32,497 nt of DNA from the IMG/VR virus record IMGVR_UViG_3300020045_002760, positions 1-32,497 of that record; one strand, written 5' to 3'. Below the pieces are notes generated by a model. That model saw nothing but the letters and a program-made list of their open reading frames with translations. It had not been told where the DNA came from and made no database searches. The DNA comes from a virus. Taxonomy: Duplodnaviria; Caudoviricetes. A program made the translations under genes and the position numbers. Below, in pieces: positions 1 through 9,679 of this stretch (its first letter is position 1; the number at the start of each line of letters is the position of its first letter).

Positions 1-128
1 TATAAATGAGATCCTGCCCTATCGTAATTTGGATTAACATATTTTACATGAATAATATCTTCTGCAGGAAATTGAATATATCCATCGCCATCGACTAACA
101 TGTAGTAATCAATAGGGTTTTTAGTTTT

Positions 129-644
129 ATGGAAGAAATTTGGAAAGATATACCGGATTATGAAGGTAGGTATCAAGTAAGTAACATTGGCAATGTGAAA
201 AGTTTGGAAAGGACAGCTAATCACATTGGAGGAATTAGAAGAGTTTCAGCGAAGGAATTAACTAAAGTTATGTTTAGAGATGGATATTATTATGTATTTT
301 TATCTAGCCCTAGAATGCAAGTAGGAGTGCATCAGCTTATAGCAATGGCATTTTTAAATCATAAAAGATGCGGTTTTGAGGTTGTGGTAGATCATAAGGA
401 TAATAATAAAACAAACAATGTTTTGTCAAATTTACAACTAACCACTAATAGACACAATAGCACAAAAGATGTAAGTAATAAAACTGGATTTTTAGGAGTA
501 ACTAAGCAAAGAAGAAAATTCAAAGCCACTATAAGACATAACGGAAAGTCCGTTTATTTAGGAATGTTTAAAACAGCAGAATTAGCACATGAAGGATATT
601 TGCAAGCAAGACGAAAAATTGAGACTGATAATTTACATAAGTAA
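129..644 (+). CDS. HNH homing endonuclease (NUMOD4 + HNH + AP2-like domain)
   Basis: N-terminal EIWKDIPDYEGRYQVSNIGNVKS (NUMOD4), VHQLIAMAF...VDHKDNNKTNNVLSNL (HNH), and C-terminal GFLGV...YLGMFKTAELAHEGY (AP2-like). Confidence 0.9.
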   Translation: MEEIWKDIPDYEGRYQVSNIGNVKSLERTANHIGGIRRVSAKELTKVMFRDGYYYVFLSSPRMQVGVHQLIAMAFLNHKRCGFEVVVDHKDNNKTNNVLSNLQLTTNRHNSTKDVSNKTGFLGVTKQRRKFKATIRHNGKSVYLGMFKTAELAHEGYLQARRKIETDNLHK

Positions 645-1704
645 CTTTAATGCGGTTGGAGGCGTGGAAACCTTCACTAAAAACTTCTGTAAAAGAATGT
701 CGAAACATTACGACTTAACTTTATTATACGATAATGTATCTAATCAGCCATTAGTCACCGAAATGGAGCAATATTGCGCCGTCGTTAAATTAGATAAAAA
801 GAAAAAATATGTGTGTGATATATTTATAAGCTCTTCCGCTTGGGGGCGTTCTGCATTTGATAATATAGATGCAAAAATATACACACAAATTGTACACGCC
901 GACTACAGGCACGTTATAGATGGTTGGGCTTTTAATTACAAAAAACATCCATTTACAACCCATCATATTTGCGTTGGAGAAACGGTTAAAATAGGCTTCG
1001 AACACGTAACAAAATTAAAATGCGACGCTATTATTTACAATCTTTTAGACAATGCCATTAAGCACGAAAAAAAGACAAAAAACAAAGAATTGTATTTAGT
1101 TACGTGCTCTAGATTATCCGGAGAAAAAGGATTTAAAAGAATGTTGCAATTAGCGCAACAGCTAGATGCAAAAGGCATTAAGTATGTTTGGGATGTTTAC
1201 GGTGATACTTCGAGCCAATACGCAAAAAACATTATAAAAGAGTTTGTTAATTGTCCAAACGTGCATTTTAAAGGAATAACTACTGAACCATTCAAAGTAA
1301 TCAATCAAGCTGATTATTTGGTACAGCTATCAGATACAGAGGGTTTTGCTTATTCAGTTTATGAAGCGATGCAAGTAAAAACTCCTTGTATTATAACTCC
1401 TTTTGCAAGTGGAAAAGAACAGATAACTCACGGTTTAAACGGGTGGATTGTACCATTTGATATGCAAAACATACCGTTTGATGATATTTTAAAGCGAAGA
1501 TTAAAAGTGCCTAAATTTGAGGAATTAGGCAAGGAGGAACATTGGATTTCATTCTTTGAATCGGCTTTAAAATGGCATGAAGAAAACACAATAAAAGTGC
1601 GTATTACAGCGGTAGTTCAGAAATACAAAATAGGTCAAGAAATTTACTTACCAACTGACAGGGCATTATCGGCAATTGAAAGAGGATTGGCTGTGCGTGT
1701 TTAA
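589..1704 (+). CDS. GT-B (GT4-like) glycosyltransferase with a short C-terminal extra domain
   Basis: GGVETF N-terminal motif, SRLSGEKG, and ADYLVQLSDTEGFAYSVYEAM..TPCI signature. Start may instead be the TTG at about 619. Confidence 0.85.
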   Translation: MKDICKQDEKLRLIIYISNFNAVGGVETFTKNFCKRMSKHYDLTLLYDNVSNQPLVTEMEQYCAVVKLDKKKKYVCDIFISSSAWGRSAFDNIDAKIYTQIVHADYRHVIDGWAFNYKKHPFTTHHICVGETVKIGFEHVTKLKCDAIIYNLLDNAIKHEKKTKNKELYLVTCSRLSGEKGFKRMLQLAQQLDAKGIKYVWDVYGDTSSQYAKNIIKEFVNCPNVHFKGITTEPFKVINQADYLVQLSDTEGFAYSVYEAMQVKTPCIITPFASGKEQITHGLNGWIVPFDMQNIPFDDILKRRLKVPKFEELGKEEHWISFFESALKWHEENTIKVRITAVVQKYKIGQEIYLPTDRALSAIERGLAVRV

Positions 1705-1712
1705 AATTTTAC

Positions 1713-1720
1713 TATCTTTG
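1713..1720 (+). promoter_or_regulatory. Bacteroidota -7 promoter element TATCTTTG
   Basis: Matches the TAnnTTTG consensus. Intergenic; the same octamer recurs at 2251, 3549, 21011 and 30612. Confidence 0.6.
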
Positions 1721-1737
1721 AAATAAATAATAATATT

Positions 1738-1962
1738 ATGGAAATCACATTATTAAAGCCATACCTTAATCATTCGGCTGGTGATACTATTGAAGTATCT
1801 GATTTTAGAGGCATATATTTAAAGCGCGTAGGTGTAGCCGAGTCTAACGAGACGCAAAAAGAGATTAAACAGCCTTGTATAAATAAGCCTAAACCTAAAA
1901 AACAAACAAAATCTAAATCATCTTTTAAAACCGAAATAACGGACAAACAAAATAAAATATAG
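1738..1962 (+). CDS. small head-module protein with a basic C-terminal tail
   Basis: MEITLLKPY..HSAGDTIEVSD.RG.YL..VGVAE pattern, typical of small proteins next to capsid genes. Confidence 0.6.
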   Translation: MEITLLKPYLNHSAGDTIEVSDFRGIYLKRVGVAESNETQKEIKQPCINKPKPKKQTKSKSSFKTEITDKQNKI

Positions 1963-2013
1963 CGGAATCCGAAAAGCTAAAGAGTAGGGATTAAACCATG
2001 AAAAATTAAGAAT

Positions 2014-2199
2014 ATGGTACTTTATTTTAACAAAACAGATTTGGTCAAGTTTGGTAATTATTTATTAAGCGAAAAAAGAACAGAAAGTGTTTTAGCATTA
2101 CAAGGAAAACACGATGACAGGACAAAAGAAGAAAGATTAAAACACGTCTATCACGCAGATGTAGAGAATTTTTTAGAGTCAATAAAAAAGGTGGATTAA
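2014..2199 (+). CDS. hypothetical phage protein
   Basis: Clean 61-aa ORF with an A-rich start context, followed by a terminator. Confidence 0.65.
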   Translation: MVLYFNKTDLVKFGNYLLSEKRTESVLALQGKHDDRTKEERLKHVYHADVENFLESIKKVD

Positions 2200-2219
2200 C
2201 TTAAAAAGAAAGGAGGGAG

Positions 2220-2248
2220 AAGAGATATAGAAATGTATCTCTTTTTTT
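2220..2248 (+). terminator. intrinsic terminator
   Basis: AAGAGATATA-GAAA-TGTATCTCTT stem followed by a T-run. Confidence 0.75.
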
Positions 2249-2250
2249 AT

Positions 2251-2258
2251 TATCTTTG
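2251..2258 (+). promoter_or_regulatory. -7 promoter element TATCTTTG
   Basis: TAnnTTTG directly after the terminator and upstream of the connector gene. Confidence 0.6.
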
Positions 2259-2275
2259 ACTCAAACATTTACAGC

Positions 2276-2722
2276 ATGAGTTATTTAACAGTCATAACAT
2301 TAGCAAGAGCAAAAAACTACCTACGCATTGACACCGATTTAACAGAGGATGATGCAGAAATAACGGCAATGATTAACGCTTCTTGTTTGTTTGTGGAAAA
2401 GCGAACTAATCACATTTTATTTCCACGGGACAAAACTTATAAAGGAGCTTGTCAAGTTAAAGTATATGACTATCCTATTAACTCAATTGTAACAGACCCG
2501 GCGCCGTGGAGCGTAGAGCGTTCTTTATATACGATATTCCCAGACGTTAAAGAGATTGTTTTAAATGTTGGATATGCTACAGGGACGGTTCCTGATGATT
2601 TAATAGAGCCTATGTTACAGATGCTTCATGTATGGTATTATGAGAGCGAGAAGCAGGTTAATTCAACATTGATTCCAGAGAGTGTAAAAGAGGCTTTAGA
2701 TTTAAATAAAAGATTTTTGTAA
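2276..2722 (+). CDS. head-tail connector (gp6-like adaptor)
   Basis: ITLARAKNYLRID...EDDAEITAMINAS and VPDDLIEPMLQMLHVWY pattern; position in the gene order. Confidence 0.85.
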   Translation: MSYLTVITLARAKNYLRIDTDLTEDDAEITAMINASCLFVEKRTNHILFPRDKTYKGACQVKVYDYPINSIVTDPAPWSVERSLYTIFPDVKEIVLNVGYATGTVPDDLIEPMLQMLHVWYYESEKQVNSTLIPESVKEALDLNKRFL

Positions 2723-3057
2723 TGTTATCACGCCAATACAACAAACGAATTAAAATCTACGGAATAACGACTGTTCCTGATAGCTACGGAGGCAATACCG
2801 TAACAGATGTTTTAATCGGCTCGTTTTGGGCTGAATTAAAGCAAAATTCCGCATTTCGTGATTATAGTATAGGCAAGTCTGATATAAAAGACAACTGGTC
2901 GTTTAATATTCGTGCAACTCCTAAAGTTACACCCAGCAACATTGATAATTTAACAATCGAGTATAAAGGCGTGAAGCGTGTTGTAAATGATATTCGATAC
3001 AATGATGAATTATTTAGAGAATTAAATATTATTGCAAATGGAGATTCGGGGGATTAA
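2722..3057 (+). CDS. head closure / head-tail joining protein
   Basis: YNKRIKI...VPDSYGG...FWAELK pattern; synteny. Confidence 0.75.
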   Translation: MLSRQYNKRIKIYGITTVPDSYGGNTVTDVLIGSFWAELKQNSAFRDYSIGKSDIKDNWSFNIRATPKVTPSNIDNLTIEYKGVKRVVNDIRYNDELFRELNIIANGDSGD

Positions 3058-3547
3058 TAGTGTTCTATCAGAATTACGAGCTTACGGAAAAGATATTGAA
3101 AAGCAAATCGATGCTGAAACCGAAGCAACAGTAATTCAAATTGAATCAGACGCAAAGAAATTGGCTCCTAAAAACTTTGGTAAATTAGCGCAAAGTATAT
3201 CTCACTCAAAAATAAAGCCGTCTAATTGGAAAGTAACCGTAAACGAATTATACGGAGCTTACATGGAATTTGGAACTGGTACGAAGGTTAATGTTCCAGC
3301 TGAATTTTCGGAAATGGCAAAATCATTTCAAGGGAAGCGGGGAGGTAGTTGGAAGCAAGCTTTAGAAAGTATCAAAATATGGTGTAGAGCGAAAGGGATA
3401 GATGAAAAGGCAGCTTATCCAATTTTAGCTAAAATATTGGGGGCAGGAATTAACCCACAACCTTTTTTATTTCCAGCCTATCAACAAGGTAAAAAAGACT
3501 ATCTAAAGAATTTAAAAAAACTATTAGACAAGAAAAAGAAAATTTGA
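3032..3547 (+). CDS. HK97 gp10-like tail completion/neck protein
   Basis: AKKLAPKNFGKLAQSI, YGAYMEFGTG and PQPFLFPA motifs. Confidence 0.85.
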   Translation: MQMEIRGINSVLSELRAYGKDIEKQIDAETEATVIQIESDAKKLAPKNFGKLAQSISHSKIKPSNWKVTVNELYGAYMEFGTGTKVNVPAEFSEMAKSFQGKRGGSWKQALESIKIWCRAKGIDEKAAYPILAKILGAGINPQPFLFPAYQQGKKDYLKNLKKLLDKKKKI

Positions 3548-3548
3548 T

Positions 3549-3556
3549 TATCTTTG
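3549..3556 (+). promoter_or_regulatory. -7 promoter element TATCTTTG
   Basis: Consensus octamer ending 4 nt before the ATG at 3561. Confidence 0.45.
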
Positions 3557-3560
3557 AATC

Positions 3561-3992
3561 ATGGCGGTAACAGTTAATCCAGATAAAGAAATAAGGCTTG
3601 CGGTTCATAACCTTGTAAACAATATTGTTGTTAACACAAAAACAATAAAATGCTTTGATAGTCGAGTTACTGGTAATGTAAATTTAAAAGAATACATATT
3701 ATTAACAGCGCAAGCAAAAGACGTTCTGAAAGAAACTAAGTGCGAATATGAATGGAGCACTTCTTTATTAATTGAAATTTACACAAGAACGTCAAGCGCA
3801 GGGAATAGTGGTAGCCGTGTTTTGTTAAATGATATTGAAAGTGCTGTGTCTACATTATTAAATCCAAAAATTACGGTTGCAGGATTTACGAATGTTACCC
3901 AAAATATTACATACGAAAATCAATTAGAGACTGTTACGGATACAGAGAATATATTTCGTAGCTTTATGCGGTTAAATTTAACTTTAAAATAA
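3561..3992 (+). CDS. tail terminator protein (putative)
   Basis: Size and position between the gp10-like gene and the tail tube gene. Confidence 0.65.
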   Translation: MAVTVNPDKEIRLAVHNLVNNIVVNTKTIKCFDSRVTGNVNLKEYILLTAQAKDVLKETKCEYEWSTSLLIEIYTRTSSAGNSGSRVLLNDIESAVSTLLNPKITVAGFTNVTQNITYENQLETVTDTENIFRSFMRLNLTLK

Positions 3993-3998
3993 AATACA

Positions 3999-4448
3999 AT
4001 GGCAGATAAAATAAAAGGCGAAGGACTTATCCTTTATTGGCACGACGGAACACTTTACCGCCCTGTTGCCTGTTTGACTTCAAACTCGTTAAACACAGAG
4101 AGAGGCATTATAGAGGCAAGAACAAAATGTGAGCCGGGAGTGGTAGAAAAAGAGGCAGGAGTATTTAGTTACACAATTGACGCAGAGGCTTTGGCAATTG
4201 ACACTACATCTGTAGGGGGTGACGATACAAAAGCATCACACGATTTCTTGTTGGAGGCTCAAAAAGGAACTGCAAAGGGTAACTGGAAAATGGACAGCGG
4301 ATCTCAAGACTTGACTTATTATGGAGTCGGAATACTTACCACTTTAGGATTAGAAGCTCCTGCTGGTGACGAGTTTGCGTCTTTCTCACTAACCATTGAT
4401 GGCATAGGAACAATATATAATACCGATCCATTAGCACCAAGCGTATAA
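3999..4448 (+). CDS. major tail tube protein
   Basis: PVACLTSNSL...ARTKC...FSYTIDAE...GDEFASFSLTIDGIG, a TP901-1-like tail tube pattern. Confidence 0.8.
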   Translation: MADKIKGEGLILYWHDGTLYRPVACLTSNSLNTERGIIEARTKCEPGVVEKEAGVFSYTIDAEALAIDTTSVGGDDTKASHDFLLEAQKGTAKGNWKMDSGSQDLTYYGVGILTTLGLEAPAGDEFASFSLTIDGIGTIYNTDPLAPSV

Positions 4449-4450
4449 TT

Positions 4451-4810
4451 ATGAACGAATTAAAAATAGAATTAGGAGGTAAAGAAAGGCTTTTTTCTTT
4501 TGGACTGGCATTTTTAGGTGAACTTTTAGAACACTTCGACATGGATATGGCAGAATTAGGAGCAAAAATGGCTAGAAATCCGTTTAAGTATCAACCTTTA
4601 ATAATGTTCTTATCAGCAAAACATGCCTGCGAATTGAACGACATTGAAATGGACTTCACGCATTCGGATGTTATATCATGGGTTGAAGCCGAACCGTTTG
4701 GTATAAAATCAGATAAAGCCACTAAGTTCGATGCTTGCTTAGTTGAAAGCTTGTATAAAAATGTTCCTAAACAAGACGAAACGCAAGATAAAAAAAAAGT
4801 GAAAAAATAG
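4451..4810 (+). CDS. tail assembly chaperone (G-like)
   Basis: Lies between tail tube and tape measure; ends in a slippery A9 run. Confidence 0.75.
   Translation: MNELKIELGGKERLFSFGLAFLGELLEHFDMDMAELGAKMARNPFKYQPLIMFLSAKHACELNDIEMDFTHSDVISWVEAEPFGIKSDKATKFDACLVESLYKNVPKQDETQDKKKVKK
4790..4799 (+). other. programmed -1 frameshift site (A AAA AAA)
   Basis: The -1 frame opens right after a TAA at 4789-4791 and stays open from 4792 to 5136. Confidence 0.75.
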
Positions 4811-5136
4811 ATTGGAATAAAGACGTTATATGTTTTGCGATAGGCGAATTAGGAATCCCCACCATTAAAGAAGTTTATAAAATGACTTGGGCGGAGTTTC
4901 AAATTCGCCTATTTGCATGGAAAAGGACACAAGAAAGGGAATGGGAAAAAGTTAGATTTTTAGCGTGGCACGCAATGACAGGAAGTCATCAAGATCCAAA
5001 AAAAATGCCAAAAACGTTGTCTCAGTTTATGAAATTAGATTTAGATAAGAAAACAACGCCTTTAATATCAGAAGCTCAAAAACAAAGATTTTTAGAAGTT
5101 TCAAAGGAATACTATAAACAAGTAAATAAAGCGTAA
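4792..5136 (+). CDS. tail assembly chaperone T segment (GT fusion via -1 frameshift; ORF track start 4882)
   Basis: Open -1 frame reads IDWNKDVICFAIGELGIP...MTWAEF and abuts the tape measure start. Confidence 0.7.
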   Translation, partial: KKSEKIDWNKDVICFAIGELGIPTIKEVYKMTWAEFQIRLFAWKRTQEREWEKVRFLAWHAMTGSHQDPKKMPKTLSQFMKLDLDKKTTPLISEAQKQRFLEVSKEYYKQVNKA

Positions 5137-6929
5137 TGGCAGGATTAGAAATTACCATAGGTGCCGATAATAGCGAACTGCAAAAAAAGATAAAAGAGGC
5201 TGAAAAAGACCTTAAAGAATTATCTAATATAAAGCTAGAGCAGATAAAGCTTGGTTTAGATACTAAGGAAATTGACGGTAATATCAAGTCGGTTAAAAAA
5301 TCTTTATCTGATTTAAAAACTGTTTCAAAAGATACAGGAAATGCTATTTCAGGTATGGCTCCGAAAGTTGCCAATGGGTCAAATTCCCTTATGCAGTTTT
5401 CTCGTATTGCTCAAGATGCGCCATTCGGAATAATGGGTATTGGAAACAATATCACGGCAACAGCGGAAAGTTTTGGACACTTAGTAAAAGAAACGGGTAG
5501 TGCGGGAGGAGCCTTAAAAGCAGTGGCTTCGTCAATAATGGGTACTGGTGGGATTTTATTAGCAGTCTCATTGGTTACGACAGGCTTAACGTTAATGTCT
5601 CAGCAAGGGTTAACGGTTGGAGACATATTCTCTAAATTAGCGGGGACATTTGACGCTAATGCTCAATCTTTGAATAAAATGAATGCTGAAGCTGCTAAAA
5701 GCGCAGCGGGTGGAATTTCAGAAATGAATGCGTATGTAGCTACAGCAAAAAATGTTAATCTATCTATGTCAGATAGATTAATTGCCGTTAAAAAGCTACA
5801 AGATGAATATCCATCTTATTTTGGTAATTTATCAAAAGAACAGATTTTAAACGGGAATGTTGCTGGTGCTGTAAAAGAAGTAACCGTTGCTTTAATAGCT
5901 AAAGCAAGAGCCGCCGCATATACTGGTAGAATTACAGAATTAGCACTAGAAGAATTTAACTTAAGAACAAAAGAGGAGAAAATATTAAAAGATATTGCAA
6001 AGCAACATAATGAAATAGCTATTGCCAAAGCCTCTGCTAATGGGATAGGCGGTAATGCTAGTAATATGGCTATTGGCGCAGCTAACGATGTTTTGATGCG
6101 TCAAAAATCATTGCTTAAAGACACTCAAAATGAATTAAGGGCCAATTGGCAAGAAAGAGACAAATTAACTCAAAAAATTAATGAAAATGTAGCTGCTAGC
6201 ATTAGACTGGAAGCGGTAACACCTAAGGTAGGAAAAAAAACATACTCAACGCCTCAAGTAACAGGAGTTAAAAGCAATGTTGCCAGCGCTGGTTTAGTTG
6301 ATTTATCTGGTGAAGTTGTTCAGATAGCTAAAAACGTTCAAGGAGCGGAAGGGGTTATTACTACTAGCATGGGGAAAATACAAATAGCCTTTGATAGTAG
6401 CACAATAGACATGCTCGAAACACTTCGTAAATTCAATGAAGATGCAAACGCATTAATAACGGGATCAATAACTAGTACCTTTTCAAATTTAGGCACGGCA
6501 ATTGGCGAAGCTTTAGCGAATGGAGAAAATGTTTTTTCGGCAGTTGGAAATTCTTTGCTTGCGTCATTGGGTAGTTTTTTATCTGATATGGGGAAATTGC
6601 TTATCCAATATGGTACTTTAGCTGTTGCAAAAGGAGTCTTAGATAAAGCTATTTTAATACCCGGCGCAGGAATAGTTGCTGGTGCTGCTGCAATTGCCGT
6701 TGGTGTTGCGTTATCCGCAACAGGTGGAGCAATTAACACAAGAGTTAAACAAGGCGCAAACGGTGGAGGAAATAGTACAGGTGGCTCTTATTCCTCTCCA
6801 GCATCTTCAGGTTCTTACACTTCAAGTGGAAGTAATGGAGGTGGTACAGTTGTTTTTGAAATAAGTGGTACATCATTAATAGGCGTTTTGAATAATACTT
6901 TAGATAGAAATAAAAGACTAGGGAGCTAA
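5136..6929 (+). CDS. tape measure protein
   Basis: 597 aa, Ala/Gly-rich helical sequence, SRIAQDAPFG motif, directly after the chaperones. Confidence 0.85.
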   Translation: MAGLEITIGADNSELQKKIKEAEKDLKELSNIKLEQIKLGLDTKEIDGNIKSVKKSLSDLKTVSKDTGNAISGMAPKVANGSNSLMQFSRIAQDAPFGIMGIGNNITATAESFGHLVKETGSAGGALKAVASSIMGTGGILLAVSLVTTGLTLMSQQGLTVGDIFSKLAGTFDANAQSLNKMNAEAAKSAAGGISEMNAYVATAKNVNLSMSDRLIAVKKLQDEYPSYFGNLSKEQILNGNVAGAVKEVTVALIAKARAAAYTGRITELALEEFNLRTKEEKILKDIAKQHNEIAIAKASANGIGGNASNMAIGAANDVLMRQKSLLKDTQNELRANWQERDKLTQKINENVAASIRLEAVTPKVGKKTYSTPQVTGVKSNVASAGLVDLSGEVVQIAKNVQGAEGVITTSMGKIQIAFDSSTIDMLETLRKFNEDANALITGSITSTFSNLGTAIGEALANGENVFSAVGNSLLASLGSFLSDMGKLLIQYGTLAVAKGVLDKAILIPGAGIVAGAAAIAVGVALSATGGAINTRVKQGANGGGNSTGGSYSSPASSGSYTSSGSNGGGTVVFEISGTSLIGVLNNTLDRNKRLGS

Positions 6930-6932
6930 AAC

Positions 6933-9164
6933 ATGGCAAAGAAAATTATAATTGATTTTACAGCTAATCCAGTAGGTGCTACTGGAATTGAATATACAAT
7001 TGTTGTAAACGGGAGCAATCTTGTTTACAATAACGGGAATACTGCGGTTTATATGTTGTTTACTCCTTATGGCACGCCTCCTGATCCTGCTTTTGCTGTT
7101 GAGATACAGCCAACGCTACAAGAAACGATACTTCAGGTTTTTACTTTTCTTAATAATAAGTACGTACACCCATCTATTATTTATTCAATCGTTGGGAATA
7201 CTATCGAAGTATCAATAAACGTACAGGAATATATTTTAGTAAATTTTGGAGTTTCAAATGACAATATTGAATTATCATCTGTTTTAATTCCTGACGATTT
7301 TGTTAGTTTAAAATATTTCTTTCAGTACAAAAACATAATTAATGACGAATACATTTGTAGGATATACAAAAAGAATTATATCGGATCAGCTACAGAAATA
7401 CATGGCAAGGCTATTATTGACAAAGCACCAATTAAAGATCATATAACCGTAATACGTGGAGGTGGTTTATCTTTAGAATTAGAGGCATCAGTAGATTTGG
7501 ATTTAAACGATTTATACACCGAAAACGAGCAAGATTTTACAGTTAGACTATATCGTAACAATGTTTTAATATTCAACGGCTACGTGAATCCTGAGGGTGT
7601 TTTTCAGTCATTTGTTCGTGATATTTGGATTATAACATTGGATTGTGTAGATGGTTTAGGTTCTTTGAGTAATTTATCATTTGTAAATTTAAGTGGAGTG
7701 CCTTTTATTGGAAAAATGAAAGCCATTGATATTGTTTACTATTGTCTTTTGCGTTCCGGTATTTCGCTACCTATTAATGTTTCAATAAATACGTTTTATG
7801 ATGGGCTTACAGTTGACGAAACTACCGACATATTAGCTAAAATATCATTAATTTCAGATAGATTCCAAAAGATTGACAACGACACAATAATGTCATGTGA
7901 GGAGGTTTTAAAATCTGTTTTGGATTTGTTTTGTGCTTCGATTACTCAGCAAGACGGTGAATGGTGGATATTTAAAACAAATGAGTTATTTAATAATTCT
8001 ATCGTTACATTTCAAAAATACGATGTAGATAATGTTTATGTAGCTAACGTTCAGAAAAACTTATCTAAAATATTAGGCAGCAACATCGATAATTTTTATC
8101 CTCACCATTGTAGTGGGAATCAAAACATACAAATCAAAGGTAGTATTTCAAAATATCGTATAAATTATAAATATGGTTTTGTGGTGAGCTTATTGCCTAA
8201 CCCTAAATTATTACATAATAGCTCTTTAATTTATAATGGATGGACTGTTGTAGATACATTAGGTCTTGTCATTAACGATCCTACCAAAACATCGGGTTTG
8301 TTTTTTAAAAACGGAACTTTTCCAACAGCTAATAAATTATTAGTTAGTGACGGACTTCCTATATTGATAAACGATTTATTGTCATTAAAGATTAAATTTT
8401 CAGTAGTTGGATCAGATTCTTTGCCTATCCAAAAGTTTTTAGAATTGAAGTTTCAAAACGGGAGTCATTATTTAAAATATATTCCTGACAACGGCGCAAC
8501 TCCGGCAGACGCACAATGGACGACTAACAGCGCGGATTCTTACTTTATAGTTATCGGAGGAGATGGTAGTTATGAAGTTGCTTTCCCTAAATTGCCAGAG
8601 GGAGGAACAATTATATGTACTGTAGTTGGTACAAGCGTTTTTGGATTTGGCACCGGGGGCACAACTAATTTATTAGAATTTGATTTAGTGCCTACGGTTT
8701 CAGAACACGCGGAAGTGGGCGAGTTCCACACCGTAGAAAGAGCTTTAAGAGTTAGTTCAAATGTAAAAGACGTAAAGACTATTTACAACGGAGATAATGC
8801 AGGGATAGTATATTTAGGAGCAATTTACAAAGATGACGAAACAACAACTGCCGAAACATGGAGCAGACAAGGACGTTTAGAATCGTATCCATTGCTTAGA
8901 ATTTCGGCGGAAGAAGAATTAAGGATATCTCAAAAGCCGTTAAAAATATTTTCAGGGTCAATTTATGGGTTTATACCTTATTTATCTGTAATCGATATAA
9001 ACAACGTAGGTGATAAATTTATGTTTATAGAATATTCATACGATACCATGACCAATATAGGTACGTATAAACTTTTGGAGTTATTTTCTAGCGAACTTAC
9101 GGATATAATTTATAAATTTACATACGACTACGGCAGCACAGTTAAACCGACAATAGTAAGCTAA
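6933..9164 (+). CDS. tail tip/hub structural protein
   Basis: 743 aa after the TMP; FNGYVNPE...LDCVDGLGSL and ITQQDGEWWI motifs typical of tail proteins. Confidence 0.65.
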   Translation: MAKKIIIDFTANPVGATGIEYTIVVNGSNLVYNNGNTAVYMLFTPYGTPPDPAFAVEIQPTLQETILQVFTFLNNKYVHPSIIYSIVGNTIEVSINVQEYILVNFGVSNDNIELSSVLIPDDFVSLKYFFQYKNIINDEYICRIYKKNYIGSATEIHGKAIIDKAPIKDHITVIRGGGLSLELEASVDLDLNDLYTENEQDFTVRLYRNNVLIFNGYVNPEGVFQSFVRDIWIITLDCVDGLGSLSNLSFVNLSGVPFIGKMKAIDIVYYCLLRSGISLPINVSINTFYDGLTVDETTDILAKISLISDRFQKIDNDTIMSCEEVLKSVLDLFCASITQQDGEWWIFKTNELFNNSIVTFQKYDVDNVYVANVQKNLSKILGSNIDNFYPHHCSGNQNIQIKGSISKYRINYKYGFVVSLLPNPKLLHNSSLIYNGWTVVDTLGLVINDPTKTSGLFFKNGTFPTANKLLVSDGLPILINDLLSLKIKFSVVGSDSLPIQKFLELKFQNGSHYLKYIPDNGATPADAQWTTNSADSYFIVIGGDGSYEVAFPKLPEGGTIICTVVGTSVFGFGTGGTTNLLEFDLVPTVSEHAEVGEFHTVERALRVSSNVKDVKTIYNGDNAGIVYLGAIYKDDETTTAETWSRQGRLESYPLLRISAEEELRISQKPLKIFSGSIYGFIPYLSVIDINNVGDKFMFIEYSYDTMTNIGTYKLLELFSSELTDIIYKFTYDYGSTVKPTIVS

Positions 9165-9676
9165 TGAATTACACTTTAGGAGAAGATAGAATACTATATT
9201 TCAAAATAAACGGTCAATACATGCCTGTTGGTTGCCTTATTGGCAATTCTTTTGAAGAGGGTGCAGAAAGTTTAGACACAACCACTAGAGATAATAAAGG
9301 ATGGACTAGCGCTGTGCCTTTAATTCAAAATTATAGTTTTTCTTTTGATGGATTGCAATTAAACACGACTGTTGCTGGGGGTATTTTTACTATTGCTAGT
9401 TATGATAAATTGAAGCAATTGAAACGTGATAAAATCATGTTAGATTGGAAATTACAGGGTTCTGTTTACCCAGTTGTAGATTACGGAAAATGCTATATTA
9501 AAACACTTTCAGAAGTTGCAAATATAGGGGAATTTATGAGTTTTACAGGAACGGCAGAAGGATTTGGGAAACCTTTAATGGCTAGTTTAGGAACTACAGT
9601 GTTAAATAACGGTGATCCGAATGTTATAATAAACAATGGTGATCCAAATGTAATTATAAGAACTAACGAAATATAG
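9164..9676 (+). CDS. second tail-tube-like protein
   Basis: PVGCLIGNSF...LDTTTRDNKGW...FMSFTGTAEGFG resembles the protein at 3999-4448. Confidence 0.7.
   Translation: MNYTLGEDRILYFKINGQYMPVGCLIGNSFEEGAESLDTTTRDNKGWTSAVPLIQNYSFSFDGLQLNTTVAGGIFTIASYDKLKQLKRDKIMLDWKLQGSVYPVVDYGKCYIKTLSEVANIGEFMSFTGTAEGFGKPLMASLGTTVLNNGDPNVIINNGDPNVIIRTNEI
9605..9658 (+). repeat. 27-bp tandem repeat x2 (NNGDPNVII)
   Basis: aataacggtgatccgaatgttataata followed by aacaatggtgatccaaatgtaattata. Confidence 0.85.
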
Positions 9677-9679
9677 AAA

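Noticed and set aside
1-128. Possible structured leader or intron context for the first HNH gene (CCCTAT...ATAGGG)
   Set aside because: The pairing is short and the region is truncated by the window edge, so it cannot be supported.
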